Shown here one piece after another: positions 42,806 to 56,274 of a stretch of DNA of 64,000 nucleotides. The notes below the pieces were generated by a model. That model saw nothing but the letters and a program-made list of their open reading frames with translations. It did no database searches and was not told where the DNA came from. Each line of letters begins with the position of its first letter. The stretch's first letter is position 1. A program made the position numbers and the translations under genes. Origin of the DNA: Eledone cirrhosa. Taxonomy: Eukaryota. The stretch is from contig OZ024753.1 in the NCBI GenBank assembly GCA_964016885.1, positions 31,310,001 to 31,374,000 on the forward strand, given 5' to 3'.

Positions 42806-45800
42806 ATAGTTATAATTTCGTGATTCATTCATGTTATATTTCCGAAAGAAATGGCAAAGTTTCTTTTATGTTTGATACGATTATGCAGAAATACGTCTAC
42901 GTAATGCAATTAGCCAAATTTGCATGCACAGCAAGTTTATATATTTCTATGTCCGGCTATTATTAGAGTAGCTGATATCCTGTAAAAGAAAAATGAATGC
43001 ACTGTGGTAGAAAGAGTAAATCTACAGAAAACACAACGACAGCCAAACCAATCACAAGAAGAATAATTCTAATGGTTGCGATAATAATATTAACGACAAC
43101 AATGTTCAATGGATTGAAGTAGACAGAAATGATAATGATTTCCTCATTAGTCAGGTATTTATTGAGACGATAGATATGATGTTAATGAAGGGTTTATGGT
43201 CACAGCCTAACAACGCCTTCAAATTTTCTTTTATATATTTGTTGACTTAACACTGCAATTTTCCATGCCACAGGGAAGTAGTTGAAGGTATGCTTGAAAT
43301 AACAATATGTGGTATTCCAGTTGACTCCATTGTACGCAATGATTTTTAATGGCTTAGTGAGAGAAGGTTTGGCAGCACTCATGACAATATTCAGACTTTC
43401 CGAAACTAGATGGTGTAAGGGAAGGAGTTGAACTTAAATTGGTGCGCTGCTTTAAATATTTATAATCGTTTAAACTTCGTTGAAATTTCCCACGAACTAC
43501 GCGAGGGTGCTTAAATTGGGAGATTCATTAAGTATACAATACAATATTTATATAGTGACAGTAATTTTCTTACTATTTTTTCCAACAATATAAAATACAT
43601 GATGGCTGCCCCCTCGCTATCGAGTATGGCCAGTGCACGATATAACATTATTAATAATTATCAATTAAGCTATCGTGCAACGCCTGTGCGTGAAGATTTT
43701 TTTTCAATTGAAGAAAGTCTGTACACTGAGCAAATTCCATTCTCTGGGCGGCAGTAGTTATAACCCGAAAAGAAGAAAATAGCAACATCATCGTTAACTA
43801 CTGAGCCCCAGATTTTATGTCGGAGTTATCTCATTTTCCTTATATGAAATACATACATATATACTACAGCACCGTCTATCTAGAATCATGAGATAAAATA
43901 GAACTAATCTCTTCTCAGTGAAGCAATGTATATAGGTAGGCAATGATCTATTTGCGTGATGTGACTTTTGTTTTGTTTTGTTTTGTTTTCGGGTGGTCAC
44001 ATGCAATAAGAAAGGAAGAGGTTTACTAAACCACGGTTTGTCACGTGTGGTAGGGAGGGGAGAAGTGTTCTATATATCGGCTAGTCACGTGTTGTAGGAA
44101 TGGAAACAATATTCTAAAATTCGGGTGGTCACGTGTGATAGAAGTGGCTCCTTGCTCTGTTGTCAGCAACGTATGTATAAAGAACCATCATGGATTTGGT
44201 ACATCTAATGATATATAACACACGAGTCGTTGATTGCTTAGTAAAATCTAATCCCACTGTGAAGTAAAAGAAGTACCGCTGTGTGATCCCGTGGGATCCA
44301 CGCAGCCACGGTAAGAAGTTCACAATTGTATATATGATATTCGCTATACATATTTGTACTGCGGCTATTACGAGATAAATAAATGGGATGCAATAAAAAC
44401 TAAATATATAAGCACATCAATAAGTAGCTAATATGAAATACCTACAGGTCAAACATATTTGAGCATGATTAAGTTCAAATGCATCCCAGCCATCTTTTAT
44501 TACTCAGACACAATGAATACATTATACAACCGCATTATACAACATATTCTTGCTGTATTTATGAAGGTAAGTTATGATATCAGGATAATTCTGCTGTTGT
44601 TTCTAGAACATCGAGCGATTACATAGAGGTTACTTTGCTTACGTGTTGCTGTAAAGTTAATTGGAGTGCCGGGACATGGCAATGTGTTAAAGTTTTCATT
44701 TTACGCAGTGACTATCTAGCAATATAATATTTTACGCAGCAAAACAAAACAATAATAACTATAATTATACACTCACACATACATATATACACATAACAAA
44801 CACATAGACACACACATACATACACACACATACACTATAAATATATATTATGCAGCAAACGAACACGTAATAACGATATCCTTAACCCCCCCCAGACACA
44901 CACCCACACATATACACATACACATCCATCCATACATACATAAATATACACACACATACATACATACACACATACACACAAACATATACATACATACATA
45001 TACACATACATACATACACACAAACATACATACACACATATACATACATATACACATACACACAAACACACATACATACATATACACATACACATACATA
45101 CATATACACACACATACACATATATACATACATACATACATACATATGCGCACATTCATACTTATATACATACACGCACAATATAGAATATTAAAACAGA
45201 GTTAACGTCGTTCAGTAGTCAGTCAGCACATTGAAGAAACGTATAACTAAAACAACGATATATTTCAAAGACATTTCACCTGAAACCGAGGAAAAAATAG
45301 AAAGGTAGAATTGCTATTCTGTTGCAGTAGAGAATGGTGGTGAAATAGAGGACGTGTGTTTGTGATAGTTACTTTACAGAAGTCGGTAGTGTTAACATTG
45401 GCAATGGTACTATTGACATTCAGAGGTATATGACAGCAGAATCTGTATCTACTTCTTCTTCGCCCAACTTATATCTGAGAGGTTCGTGGGGACAGGGCCC
45501 TTAAATACTCCTTCTAGCGGGTCCTGTCAGGGGCAACCGCCTTTAACGTATCGGGCTGAATCCCCCGATCGTGACCAGCCAGGCTCATAGATATTATCCA
45601 ACCAAGAATCTGTATATTGCTATATAATATTAAGGTAGACCCAGATTAGGTTACCCGAGAGGCCAAAGATCACAACCTGATGAAGTATCGGCCTCTTTCT
45701 AACACCTCTGTTGAACCTGTAGTGGTGGGGACTTTCGTCCTCCTTGGTCTCCAGACCACCCCCTTACTTACTGCTAGCCTATTTAACAGGATAAATACCT

Positions 45801-45947
45801 ACCCGAGATTAATACATATGATGACTTGCTTTTAATCGGGGGAGGAAGGATAGAATCACTTTGAATTTTAGGATTAGTTCTACAGAGTAATTTAACTACC
45901 ACATCGTGTTGGTAAGAAAGACATCATTATTGACCAGCCCAAGCTAG

Positions 45948-46135
45948 GGCGGTGGATTGGCAGTATCGGTGGAGGGTCGGACGCCATGCTTTCCAGCATA
46001 GTTACGTCCCTTTACGATCTGAGTTCAAATCCCGCCGATGTTGACTTTGCTTTTCATCCTTACGGGGTCGATAAAATAAAGTACCAGTAATGCACTGGGT
46101 AATTGCTGGCCTTGTGCCTAAAGTAGAAACAATTA
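45948..46135 (+). mobile_element. Full-length tRNA-derived SINE with probable target-site duplication
   Basis: GGCGGTGGATTGGCAGTATCGG...GAGTTCAAATCC...AGTAGAAAC; flanks ATTATTGACCAGCCCAAGC and ATTATTTACTAGCCCAAGC. Confidence 0.9.
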
Positions 46136-46711
46136 TTTACTAGCCCAAGCATTCATCTTTCAGACACAACAAAAAAATCTACGAAGCATTTTAACTCTCA
46201 CTCCTTATGATGGTCACTGTATCCTAATTCACAATTCCTGGTCGTTATCCTCCAAACAAAGAAGCACTCATCTATAGAACTTCTGAACAAATTAACCATG
46301 TATTGGTAACAATCTTAGTTTGCCAGAAAAGTCTCATTTCATATCAGAACATTTCTAAGCTGAACAACACCCATATGATACACAAAACAAGCCACAAATA
46401 TACTGAGACATAGTGTAAATATTAAGACACACAAATCCGATGTACTTAAATATGATTGAAAAGTCTTTAAGAAACAAGTTTCGAGAGGAAATGAACATAT
46501 TAATTTATTCATTTATATATATTTATTCATTTGAATATTTGTTTGTTATGTTCTTGAAACATTTATTTATTATATTCTTGAAACTGTAATGATAAATCAT
46601 CGATTCTAGACAAGAACATTCAAGCTCAACAGAAGTTCGCCCCCACAACTACCATAAACACTATTTCGACACTATAACACAATCGCTCCCTCTTTCACAC
46701 ACACAAAGTCT

Positions 46712-46756
<45 letters not shown>

Positions 46757-46759
<3 letters not shown>

Positions 46760-47362
46760 CAGAAGGGATATTCAATTTGTTGGTAATTCAACAAATATAA
46801 ATGTTTATAACTGATTCAGAGCACTCGACTTATAATCTATATAGATATTTATATACATATAACCTATCGTAATGTAATAGGATAAATATACTTACAACCA
46901 TAATTCTTCATATAATCTAATTGATTATATATACAATATTATAACTCGTAATATAGGTAAATAAATTTAAATTTAAACTCTGGAATCATATTCCACTTTT
47001 TCCCCCAAAATTAACGTAAATGCTAGCTCTTCTTCCTTTCTCACTTTCCTACGCATACAAAACTTATCATAATTATTTAAATTCTCCATAGCGTCTAAAG
47101 TAACGTTTATTCAGCCCTTTTACCTAAACCTCATTTGCATACTCATCTTAAGAATTTGAAATATCTAACTTTTCTTCTCTTATCCCTTCACTATCCAAGG
47201 ATAACTTGAACCGTTAAGGTATATTTTCCTTGGTTATGTCAAAATTTATAAAACATACTTTGTATTTTATCTGATGAAAGCGTACCAAAACTTTGGTACG
47301 CTTGAAATATATATAATAGAATAAATATGGTTTCATAAATATAGTTTCCATTTATTTAATAT

Positions 47363-47368
<6 letters not shown>
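46757..47368 (+). mobile_element. Roughly 610-bp TA-flanked island ending in an HHR (probable PLE 3' end or solo pLTR)
   Basis: Bounded by (TA)n, non-coding, HHR near the right end. Confidence 0.55.
47263..47323 (+). ncRNA. Type I hammerhead ribozyme with long perfect stem II
   Basis: TATTTTAT-CTGATGA-AAGCGTACCAAA ac TTTGGTACGCTT-GAAAT-ATAT-ATA-ATAGAATA. Confidence 0.82.
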
Positions 47369-47420
<52 letters not shown>

Positions 47421-47423
<3 letters not shown>

Positions 47424-47939
47424 TTTTGCGAGGTTTTTGATATGAAATCGTATGTCGAAACAAATATTGTTATATTTGGGGAGGGTCATATTTGTGTAAT
47501 AATATTGCCAGAATTAATAACAGAACACACTCACTGTTTGGTTGGTTTTCGCTTCTGTGTCTTTTATATCGGTTAATTTAATTTATTCGGTCCTCAATTT
47601 AACTATTGACTGACCAACGGTCAAAAATACAGATACAATATAGACACAAACACATATATATAGTCTAACAAAGTTCTTTCGTTGCACATCTGCAACATCG
47701 TCAGTGGTGCTATTATGTTTCCTCCTGTTGTATTGTATGCCTACGTGTAGGCATACAATTCAACAGGAGGAAACATAATAGCACCACTGACCGTTGGTCA
47801 GACAATGGTAACATTGAGGACCGAATAAATTAAATTAACCGATATAAAAGACACAGAAGCGAAAACCAACCAAACAGTGAGTGTGTTCTGTTATTAATTC
47901 TGGCAATATTATTACACAAATATGACCCTCCCCAAGTAT

Positions 47940-47945
<6 letters not shown>
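47421..47945. mobile_element. Family A element, copy 3: head-to-head inverted pair (minus copy with tail, plus copy internally deleted)
   Basis: Inversion centre ATGCCTACGTGTAGGCAT near 47746; arms homologous to 697-1058. Confidence 0.8.
47667..47708 (-). ncRNA. Type I hammerhead ribozyme (family A, canonical core)
   Basis: Minus strand: ACCA-CTGACGA-T-GTTGCA gatg TGCAAC-GAAA-GAA-CTT-TGTT; stem I is weak. Confidence 0.7.
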
Positions 47946-48000
<55 letters not shown>

Positions 48001-48098
48001 CCTCACCCTTGCACGATCCATTGTCTCGCAATTCCTTGGCAGTTGTAAAATGCTATGCCCGCTATAAACATCCAAAGGGAGTGAATAGGTTGTTTGGA

Positions 48099-48134
<36 letters not shown>

Positions 48135-48136
<2 letters not shown>

Positions 48137-48548
48137 CGTTTCTGAATTTGTTTAGAAAGATTCTTTATCTGAAAATGTGTGTTGAAACCGATATTGTTAT
48201 GCTTTGGTAGGGTCATGTTGCCAATAAGAAACACACTCACCAGTTTCTTTCACTCCAATTTATTATGTTAAATTTATTAATTTAAGAATTTATAAATTTC
48301 CGGTTGGTTGGTTCCACAACCGGACGGTTGTTCATATATTGTCAAAGTTCTTTCGTCACACATTCTGTGACCTCTTCAGTGACTGGGGATTCTTTTCTTT
48401 GTTTTTGTGCCTCTCCTTTGTTCTGTCCTACGCCATCTTGTTTTATAAATTCTTAAATTTATAAATTTAACTTATAATAAATTGGAATGAAAGCAACTGG
48501 TGCGTGTGTTTCTTATTGGCAACATGACCCTCCCAAATCATAACAATA
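48135..48548. mobile_element. Family B PLE terminal repeat (minus, with tail) plus inverted tail-less segment
   Basis: 48135-48440 matches about 12626-12940; 48441-48548 is an inverted copy ending at AACAATA. Confidence 0.85.
48341..48383 (-). ncRNA. Type I hammerhead ribozyme (family B, second copy)
   Basis: Minus strand: GTCA-CTGAAGA-G-GTCACA gaatg TGTGAC-GAAA-GAA-CTT-TGAC. Confidence 0.8.
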
Positions 48549-48571
48549 TATATATATATATATATATATAT

Positions 48572-48653
48572 CCGGCCGTTTCGACAGCCAGATCCAGGAG
48601 TTCGGATTTAGCTGTCGAAACGGCCGGAGCTCAGCCGTCGGGGCCCTGAATCT

Positions 48654-48687
<34 letters not shown>

Positions 48688-48764
48688 CGAAGGAAATGTG
48701 GTAAGGAACCAGATGGACCATAACGCACCAAAGTACTCAATACTTAGGGTAGTAGAGTGGGTAT
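48572..48764. mobile_element. Family H-related fragments (variant fold-back head at 48572-48658; reverse-oriented tail at 48687-48764)
   Basis: GAAACGGCCGGAGCTCAGCCGTCGGGG; reverse complement of the family H tail. Confidence 0.75.
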
Positions 48765-49387
48765 ACGGCGGGTTTGAAACACAGTTGCCATCTACAAAAA
48801 GTCACTCATAACGCATCGGTTTGTCCAAAGGTACCACACTGTGAGAGCGAACCAGAAAACAGATTGTTGCTAAGCCAACGCCTGAAAGTCACAGCCTGCA
48901 TGCTCCTGTACATGTCAAGTATCTCAGAGTGAGTGAGAGAGATATAGAGAGTATGTGAGAGAGATAGACAGAGTGTGTGAGAGGATTGAAAGACTGCTGA
49001 CTATCTCTCAGTAGACATATTGCCTGAGCCAATGTATAAGCACGAATGTTAATAGAGGGACAATGTGATTCAGTGTTTACTGGGAATAAGCTGATAAAGC
49101 GGTGATAACGAGTTATCGGAGAGAAATCACTGACAGCCCAATTAAGGTTATAATTAAGGATCTGTATTTTGATTGACATAGCATATATTGAAAGGTCAAA
49201 TATTTAACTTCTTTGGCGGAGTTTAGGTCCCAATTCTATAGCAGTCAGTTATAATGTAGCGATAGTATTTACTGTAGAGGCTTTCCTATCACACAATCGC
49301 ATCATAAATATATACCATGAACGAGACACTAGATTCTAACATCATAAAATAGGTTAATATATGTATATGTCTGCTTGTTTCTGTGTG

Positions 49388-49439
<52 letters not shown>

Positions 49440-49751
49440 CAGACACACACACACTCCCACATATCTATATCTATATATTTAAAATGAATAAATACATATA
49501 TATATATAGATATATTCATTTTAGATATATGGATTGCGTAATTCATATATTATATTATGGGTATATTATACATAACAGCTGAATAAAGGTGAATCTTCAA
49601 AGTTACTATCAAAGCTATATTCCACAGTTTTACGTCTGATTATGCATAAAAAAACAACTCTTAATATCTATATATACGTACATACATGTTCAAACCTGCC
49701 AAAGTATTTAACAATTATCTTCAGATTGAAATCCCTATCGTAATAAATCCG

Positions 49752-49891
<140 letters not shown>

Positions 49892-49969
49892 ATAATAATA
49901 AATTCGAAGACTAAAATCCAAAGAGGGCTCGATAAGGATAAATATATATATCAGATATATTTTCATCCA

Positions 49970-50156
49970 TGGATTGGCAGTATCGGTAGAGGGTCGGACA
50001 CCATGCTTTGCCGTATAGAGTTACGCCCCTTGCCATTCTGAGTTCAAATCGCGCTGAGGTTAACTTTGCCTTTCATCCTTACGGAGTCGATAAAATAAAG
50101 TACCAGTAATGTACTGGGTAATTGCTGGCTTTGTGCCAAAAGTAGAAACAATTATT
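49970..50156 (+). mobile_element. tRNA-derived SINE
   Basis: Same consensus. Confidence 0.88.
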
Positions 50157-50592
50157 ACACGCATCTACTTTATACGTATGTTTTCAAGATGGTTTTACTG
50201 ACATCATCTCTGTAAACACGAATATATCGCTCTGTATCATCATACCGCCTTCCCGATCTTATTTTTCCCTTTTACACGTGTTCTCCTACTGAATATAACT
50301 CAAGGTTCACAATCCACCTGGCTCATCGACTCGAGGTATTATATTTGTCTCCGCTATTTTCCGAAAGAAAGAAAAATAAATATATTCCCACTTTAGATAT
50401 TTCCCTTCTATCACATCTATTATTTCTCTCTTACATTCTCTTGCCACAAGAACTTCTGCTAAATCTAACAAATATGGCATTCAATTTTGTAAACTCATGA
50501 AACCTTCCCGTTGCAATGGATATTTCTGTATGCTAATCATCATACACACACAAACACAGACAGAAACATACATACACATACACACACACACG

Positions 50593-50740
<148 letters not shown>

Positions 50741-50820
50741 ATATGTGTGTATATAAAAGGTAAACAGAAATAACAACACAATCAGTTCAGTATATCGAAG
50801 GATATAAGCTATTATTATAT

Positions 50821-51190
50821 TGGCAGTATCGGTAGAGTGTCGGATGCCATGCTTTGCAGCATAGTTTACGTCCCTTAATGATCTGAGTTCAAATCCCGCC
50901 GGGGTCGATACAATAAAGTACCAGTAATGCACTGGGTAATTGCTGGCCTTGTGCCTAAAGTAGAAACAATTATTATAGTCAGATGAGGCGGTGGATTAGC
51001 AGTATCGGTAGAGGATCGGACGCCATGCTTTGATGCATAGTTACGGCCCTTGCCATTCTGAGTTCAAATCCCGTCGAGGTTAAATTTGCCTTTCATCCTT
51101 ACGGGGTCGATACAATAAAGTACCAGTAATGCACTGGGTAATTGCTGTCCTTGTGCCAAAAGTAGAAACATTTATTATAGTCAGATGAAA
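50821..51190 (+). mobile_element. Two adjacent SINEs; the second is flanked by TSD TTATTATAGTCAGATGA
   Basis: Same consensus; direct repeat on both sides of 50988-51170. Confidence 0.88.
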
Positions 51191-51403
51191 ATATAGAAAA
51201 AGTGAAGATTATTTGTGGAAGGGTAGAAATTCAAAGAAACCTGAAAAAGTAATTTGCCTTCCAAGGTTAGCTAACATAGTATATATTAAATGAAATAAGA
51301 AAAATTACATTATAGTGAGATTAGGATGTGGCTGTGCTATAGATGGGAATACAGATAGAAATATATTGTAAATTATCTAGTTAGATAGATAGGTAGATAT
51401 GTG

Positions 51404-51436
<33 letters not shown>

Positions 51437-51994
51437 TTGATAGCAACCTAGGTAGATAGAGAGAAGACAAGTTAATTTTATTGTAATGAAGAATGTAAAA
51501 ATCAGAACATTAGAAACACAATGGCGCATTTATCTTATCAAATTTAATCAAGGAGAAATGATATATATAATGCTGGCAAAAACTAAAACACGATATTGAA
51601 TAGAATAAGATGGAAGGGATGAGAAAAGATGGAAAACGTTGAATTTTAGTGGGTTGAATTAATAGAACGTAAATTATTATAAGAAGGATAAGAAGGAACT
51701 GAAAATGAAATGAAATGTCAAAATCTCGATAGTATATGAAGCAATGGGAATGATATAATGTACAGACATAGTTTACAGAATAACATTGTTCTCACTGAAA
51801 GTAGTATAATTACTTATGAAACATTAATTTTCAAACAGTTTTCTCCAGAACCGTTTAGAGATAAAAATACTGTGCTTCAGTTGAATGGTTTCTGATTTAG
51901 GCAAAAGCCAACAATTTGTCCGTAACTCTAGCAATACTGCCAATCGAACACCTTATTATGAAGACAATAATTAAGCCAAAATTATGTATTCCAC

Positions 51995-52680
51995 ATTTAG
52001 TTACGGCCCTTTACGTTCTGAGTTCAAATCCAGCCAAGGTTAGCTTTACTTTACATCCTTATGGGGTCGATAAAATAAAGTACCAGTAATGCACTGGTGT
52101 AGATTTAATCAACTTTTCTCTCCCCCCCCCCAAAAAATTGCTGGCCTTGGCAGTAGCGGTAGAGGGTCGGACGCAATGCTTTGCAGCATAGAGTTACGGC
52201 CCTTTACGATTTGACTTCAAATCCCGCCGAGGTTAACTTTGCTTTTCATCCTTACGAGGTCGATAAAATAAAGTACCAGTAATGTACTGGATAATTGCTG
52301 GCCTTGTGCCAAAAGTAGAAACAATTATTATTGTTATGGGCGGTGGATTGGCAGAATCGGTAGCTTTGTCTTTCATCCTTCCGGGATCGATAAAATAAAG
52401 CACCACTGGGGTCGATTCAATCGACTTTCCCCTCCCCGCAAATTGCTGGCCTTGTGTCTAAATGAGAAACCATTATTATGAGGGTGGTGGCTTGGCAGTA
52501 TTGGTGGCGCGTCCAACGATATTGCTTGCGGTACACAGTTCTAATCCTGCCGAGGTTAACTATGCTTTCATCCTTATGAAGTCGATAAAATATTGTAGCA
52601 GTAATACATTGGTGTCGATTTAATCGACATCCTCTCCCCCCAAAATTGTTGGCAATTGTTGACTAAATCATAAACCAATA
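51995..52680 (+). mobile_element. Cluster of about 4 SINE copies of related subfamilies
   Basis: Repeated GTCGATAAAATA and GCTGGCCTTGTG blocks. Confidence 0.8.
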
Positions 52681-52969
52681 TTAATACTAGTATTGTACCT
52701 GTATATATGACGGAGTTTATTGTGAGGTATATTTAATTTAATAATTTCTTTATCATGTAAAGTTGCTTGAATTTTAGATTTTCCTTGGCCATCTCCCTCG
52801 TGTCATCAGTGTATATCATTTTACTTGCATTTAACTCAATTACACTCATTTTCTTCCATATTTACTTTAATTATTATCAATCATAAATGCACTAAATTGC
52901 GATTATATAATCCATCCATACACATACCTACCTACCTACCTACCTACCTACCAATGAACATATCCATCC

Positions 52970-53015
<46 letters not shown>

Positions 53016-53021
53016 ATATCC

Positions 53022-53103
<82 letters not shown>

Positions 53104-53216
53104 TCATTCATCGATCTTCAGATAGCTATTGGGATTGCGCTTTGTTGTTTTAAATGTTGTCGTTGACCAGAACTAGATACTTTAGTAAATATAAATGGAT
53201 AGATAACTATTCTTTA

Positions 53217-53257
<41 letters not shown>

Positions 53258-53530
53258 CAATTGGAACGTCCGTGTGGAGTTGGTAAGACATGATAGTCTG
53301 CAAGAGTTACCTGTTATTCTTTATAATTAAAGATTAAAATGAATAAAAACAAGAAAGATAGTGAAAGAAAAATATAAGAAAGATAAGGAAAAAAAGGAAG
53401 CAAAAACACAAAATAGAAGAGAAAAAAGGTGAAAAAGAAAGAGAGTTATAAAGCCAGTACCACTGTCTGTTTCATCTTGTCACAGTCACAACCTTTTATG
53501 GTTTACAAATGCTTGACAATATATATATAA

Positions 53531-53560
<30 letters not shown>

Positions 53561-53561
<1 letters not shown>

Positions 53562-53752
53562 GGAAAAAGTATGACCCCGGCGGCAGAGCTCAAGCCGTTT
53601 CAACGGCTATTTCTGGACTGAAATAGCCATCGAAACGGGTTGAGCTCTGCCGTTGGGGTCATACTTTTTCCTATTTCCCACTCTACTACCCTAAGTATTG
53701 AGTACTCTGGTGCGTTATGGTCCATCTGGTTCCTTACCACAATTCCTTTGTT

Positions 53753-53755
<3 letters not shown>
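53561..53755 (+). mobile_element. Family H fold-back element, copy 3 (diverged)
   Basis: Homologous to 28098-28295; both arms share copy-specific substitutions. Confidence 0.85.
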
Positions 53756-53793
<38 letters not shown>

Positions 53794-53990
53794 ATGTATG
53801 TATAGATGTAGATGTATATATCTGTATATATCTGTGTGTGTATATATCTGTATGTATGTTTGTATATATTTATATATCTATATGTATGTATATGTATGCA
53901 TATTTATATATGTATATGTATGTATATTTATATATGTATATGTATAGATGTATGTATTTATATATGGATGTATGTATGTATATATTTATA

Positions 53991-54033
<43 letters not shown>

Positions 54034-54752
54034 ATGTATATATGTATATATGGATGTATGTATGTATATATTTATATATCTGTATATATCTGTATGTGTG
54101 TATATACCTGTATGTATGTATATATATTTATATATCTATATGTATGTATATCTATATGCATGTATATTTATATATATATATATTTATATATATATATATT
54201 TATATATATATATATGTATATATTTATACATACATGCGTACGCCCCCCCCCCCCCCCATATATATATAGATTACTACATATAAATATATATATATAGAGA
54301 GAGAGAGAGAGAAGAGGAGGCAGAACAAAAAGTGAGTGAGGTAACAATAACATTGAAAGATGAAGAACGAATTGAGATGTGAGTGTAATGCTGTTGTTTA
54401 GCCCTAGGCAGGCTGTAGCCATATAGACCCATGATCATATTGTTTTGTCAGGTATATGAACTATGGACTATGGTTATTCAATGTACAACCCTTATGAAAA
54501 CAGAAATAAGATAGTAGGGCATGTTATATGTGAGATGCTGTGGCTATTTATAGCTGTTTGCCTGCTGATTGTCTTGAATGGAGGACGCGGGGGTCGGCGG
54601 GGATGGGGCCACGGGGGTGGTGGTGCGGGTTTGTTTAACAAAGTGACTGAAAAACAGGTGCGGGGGTGGTGGGGGTGGAGTCATTGTAAATTATGGGTAA
54701 AAAGAAAACAATATTGGAAAAAGGGAAGAGTGAGTGACAGTGTGTGTGTGTA

Positions 54753-54827
<75 letters not shown>

Positions 54828-55186
54828 GTGTGTGCGTGTGTGTACTTGTGTTTGTGTGTGTGTGCGTGCGTGTGTGCGCTCGAAAGCACCTGTGACAGTT
54901 TGCGTGTTTATGTGATTTGCTTGTCAGTATTTGTGTTTAAATCTGTAGATGTGTTTGTTTGTTCGTACGCGTATGTGTGTGTATGTATGTGTGTGTATGT
55001 ATGTGTGTGTATGTATGTGTGTGTATGTGCACGTCTCTATGTGGGTGTCTGTGTGTTTGTGTTGTTTTCCATACATAGATAAAGTGAGAGAGACAGAGAG
55101 AGAAAGAAAGAGAGAGAGAGATAGTGGAATAGAGTGGCCGAGATATAGATATACACAGACACACACAGAAAGCGATAGATTGAGAA

Positions 55187-55225
<39 letters not shown>

Positions 55226-55411
55226 TAAGTATGTAAGAGAGGGGTCGAGAATGTGTTTGTGTTAGAGAAAAGATGGGGAGTGGAGTGTCGTGGGTTGTTC
55301 GTAACCTGTGAAAGTGAGAGAGATAGTGAGATATTATGTGTGAGAGAGAGAGAGATATACTAAGCTATTAAAAGCAGCAGATAAATGAGCTACAGAAAGA
55401 GAGAGAGAGTG

Positions 55412-55506
55412 AGGGAAATCTAGAGTAAGATGTTAAGAGTGAGAGAGATAGAGAGAGAGAGAGAGAGAGGGAGGGGGAGGGAAATCTAGAGTAAGATGTT
55501 AAGAGT

Positions 55507-55547
<41 letters not shown>

Positions 55548-55700
55548 AGAGTAAGATGTTAAGAGTGAGAGAGATAGAGAGAGAGAGAGAGAGGGGGAGG
55601 GAAATCTAGAGTAAGATGTTAAGAGTGAGGGAGATAGAGAGAGAGAGAGAGAGGGGGAGGGAGGGAAATCTAGAGTAAGATGTTAAGAGTGAGGGAGAGA
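55412..55700. repeat. Roughly 60-bp tandem repeat, 5 units (ATCTAGAGTAAGATGTTAAGAGTGAG plus a GA tract)
   Basis: Direct reading. Confidence 0.9.
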
Positions 55701-55828
55701 TAGATATAGATTAATATGTTAAGAGTGACAGATAAATGAGTAAGGAAGGTAAAGAGAGAGGGAGAAAGAGGGGTGATATGCTAAGAGAGAGTGAGCGAGA
55801 GAGATATCAAGAGTGAGAGGGTGAGATA

Positions 55829-55862
<34 letters not shown>

Positions 55863-56239
55863 GATAAAGTAAGATGTTAAGCGTGACAGAGAAACGAAAC
55901 AAGGTGCGAACAAGTCCTTTCTTTCATTCAAGGCTGCGATGGATAATTAGGCGGACTAATTTCATTCTCTTTGATAAAGGGACATGTACTGGAAGCTGCT
56001 ACCACTGCTGCCACTGCTGCTGCTGCTGCTGCTGCTACACACGTTGATGTTGTTGTTTTTGTCGTAAGTGGTTTGCTGATGGTAGCAGTGGTGGGGATGT
56101 TGTCTATACCGGCTACATGCTCGGCTGGATCGTTTCGTGTTCCACACTTAGAAACTTCCCCAAAGTATTTTGGCTCTCCACCCATCACCCCAAATCATCA
56201 CTGGTACCAAAACTAAACTCAAGGCCAGTAGTTTTATTT

Positions 56240-56274
<35 letters not shown>

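Noticed and set aside
45676-45700. CCTGATGAAGTATCGG as a hammerhead core
   Set aside because: No paired stem II followed by GAAA
45948-46035. tRNA gene calls for SINE heads with A and B boxes
   Set aside because: No complete cloverleaf; each continues into a SINE body and tail and is multi-copy
55928-56216. Poly-Ala ORFs upstream of the receptor exon
   Set aside because: Driven by a (GCT)n tract with no recognisable domain; could be 5' UTR or promoter but this is unsupported
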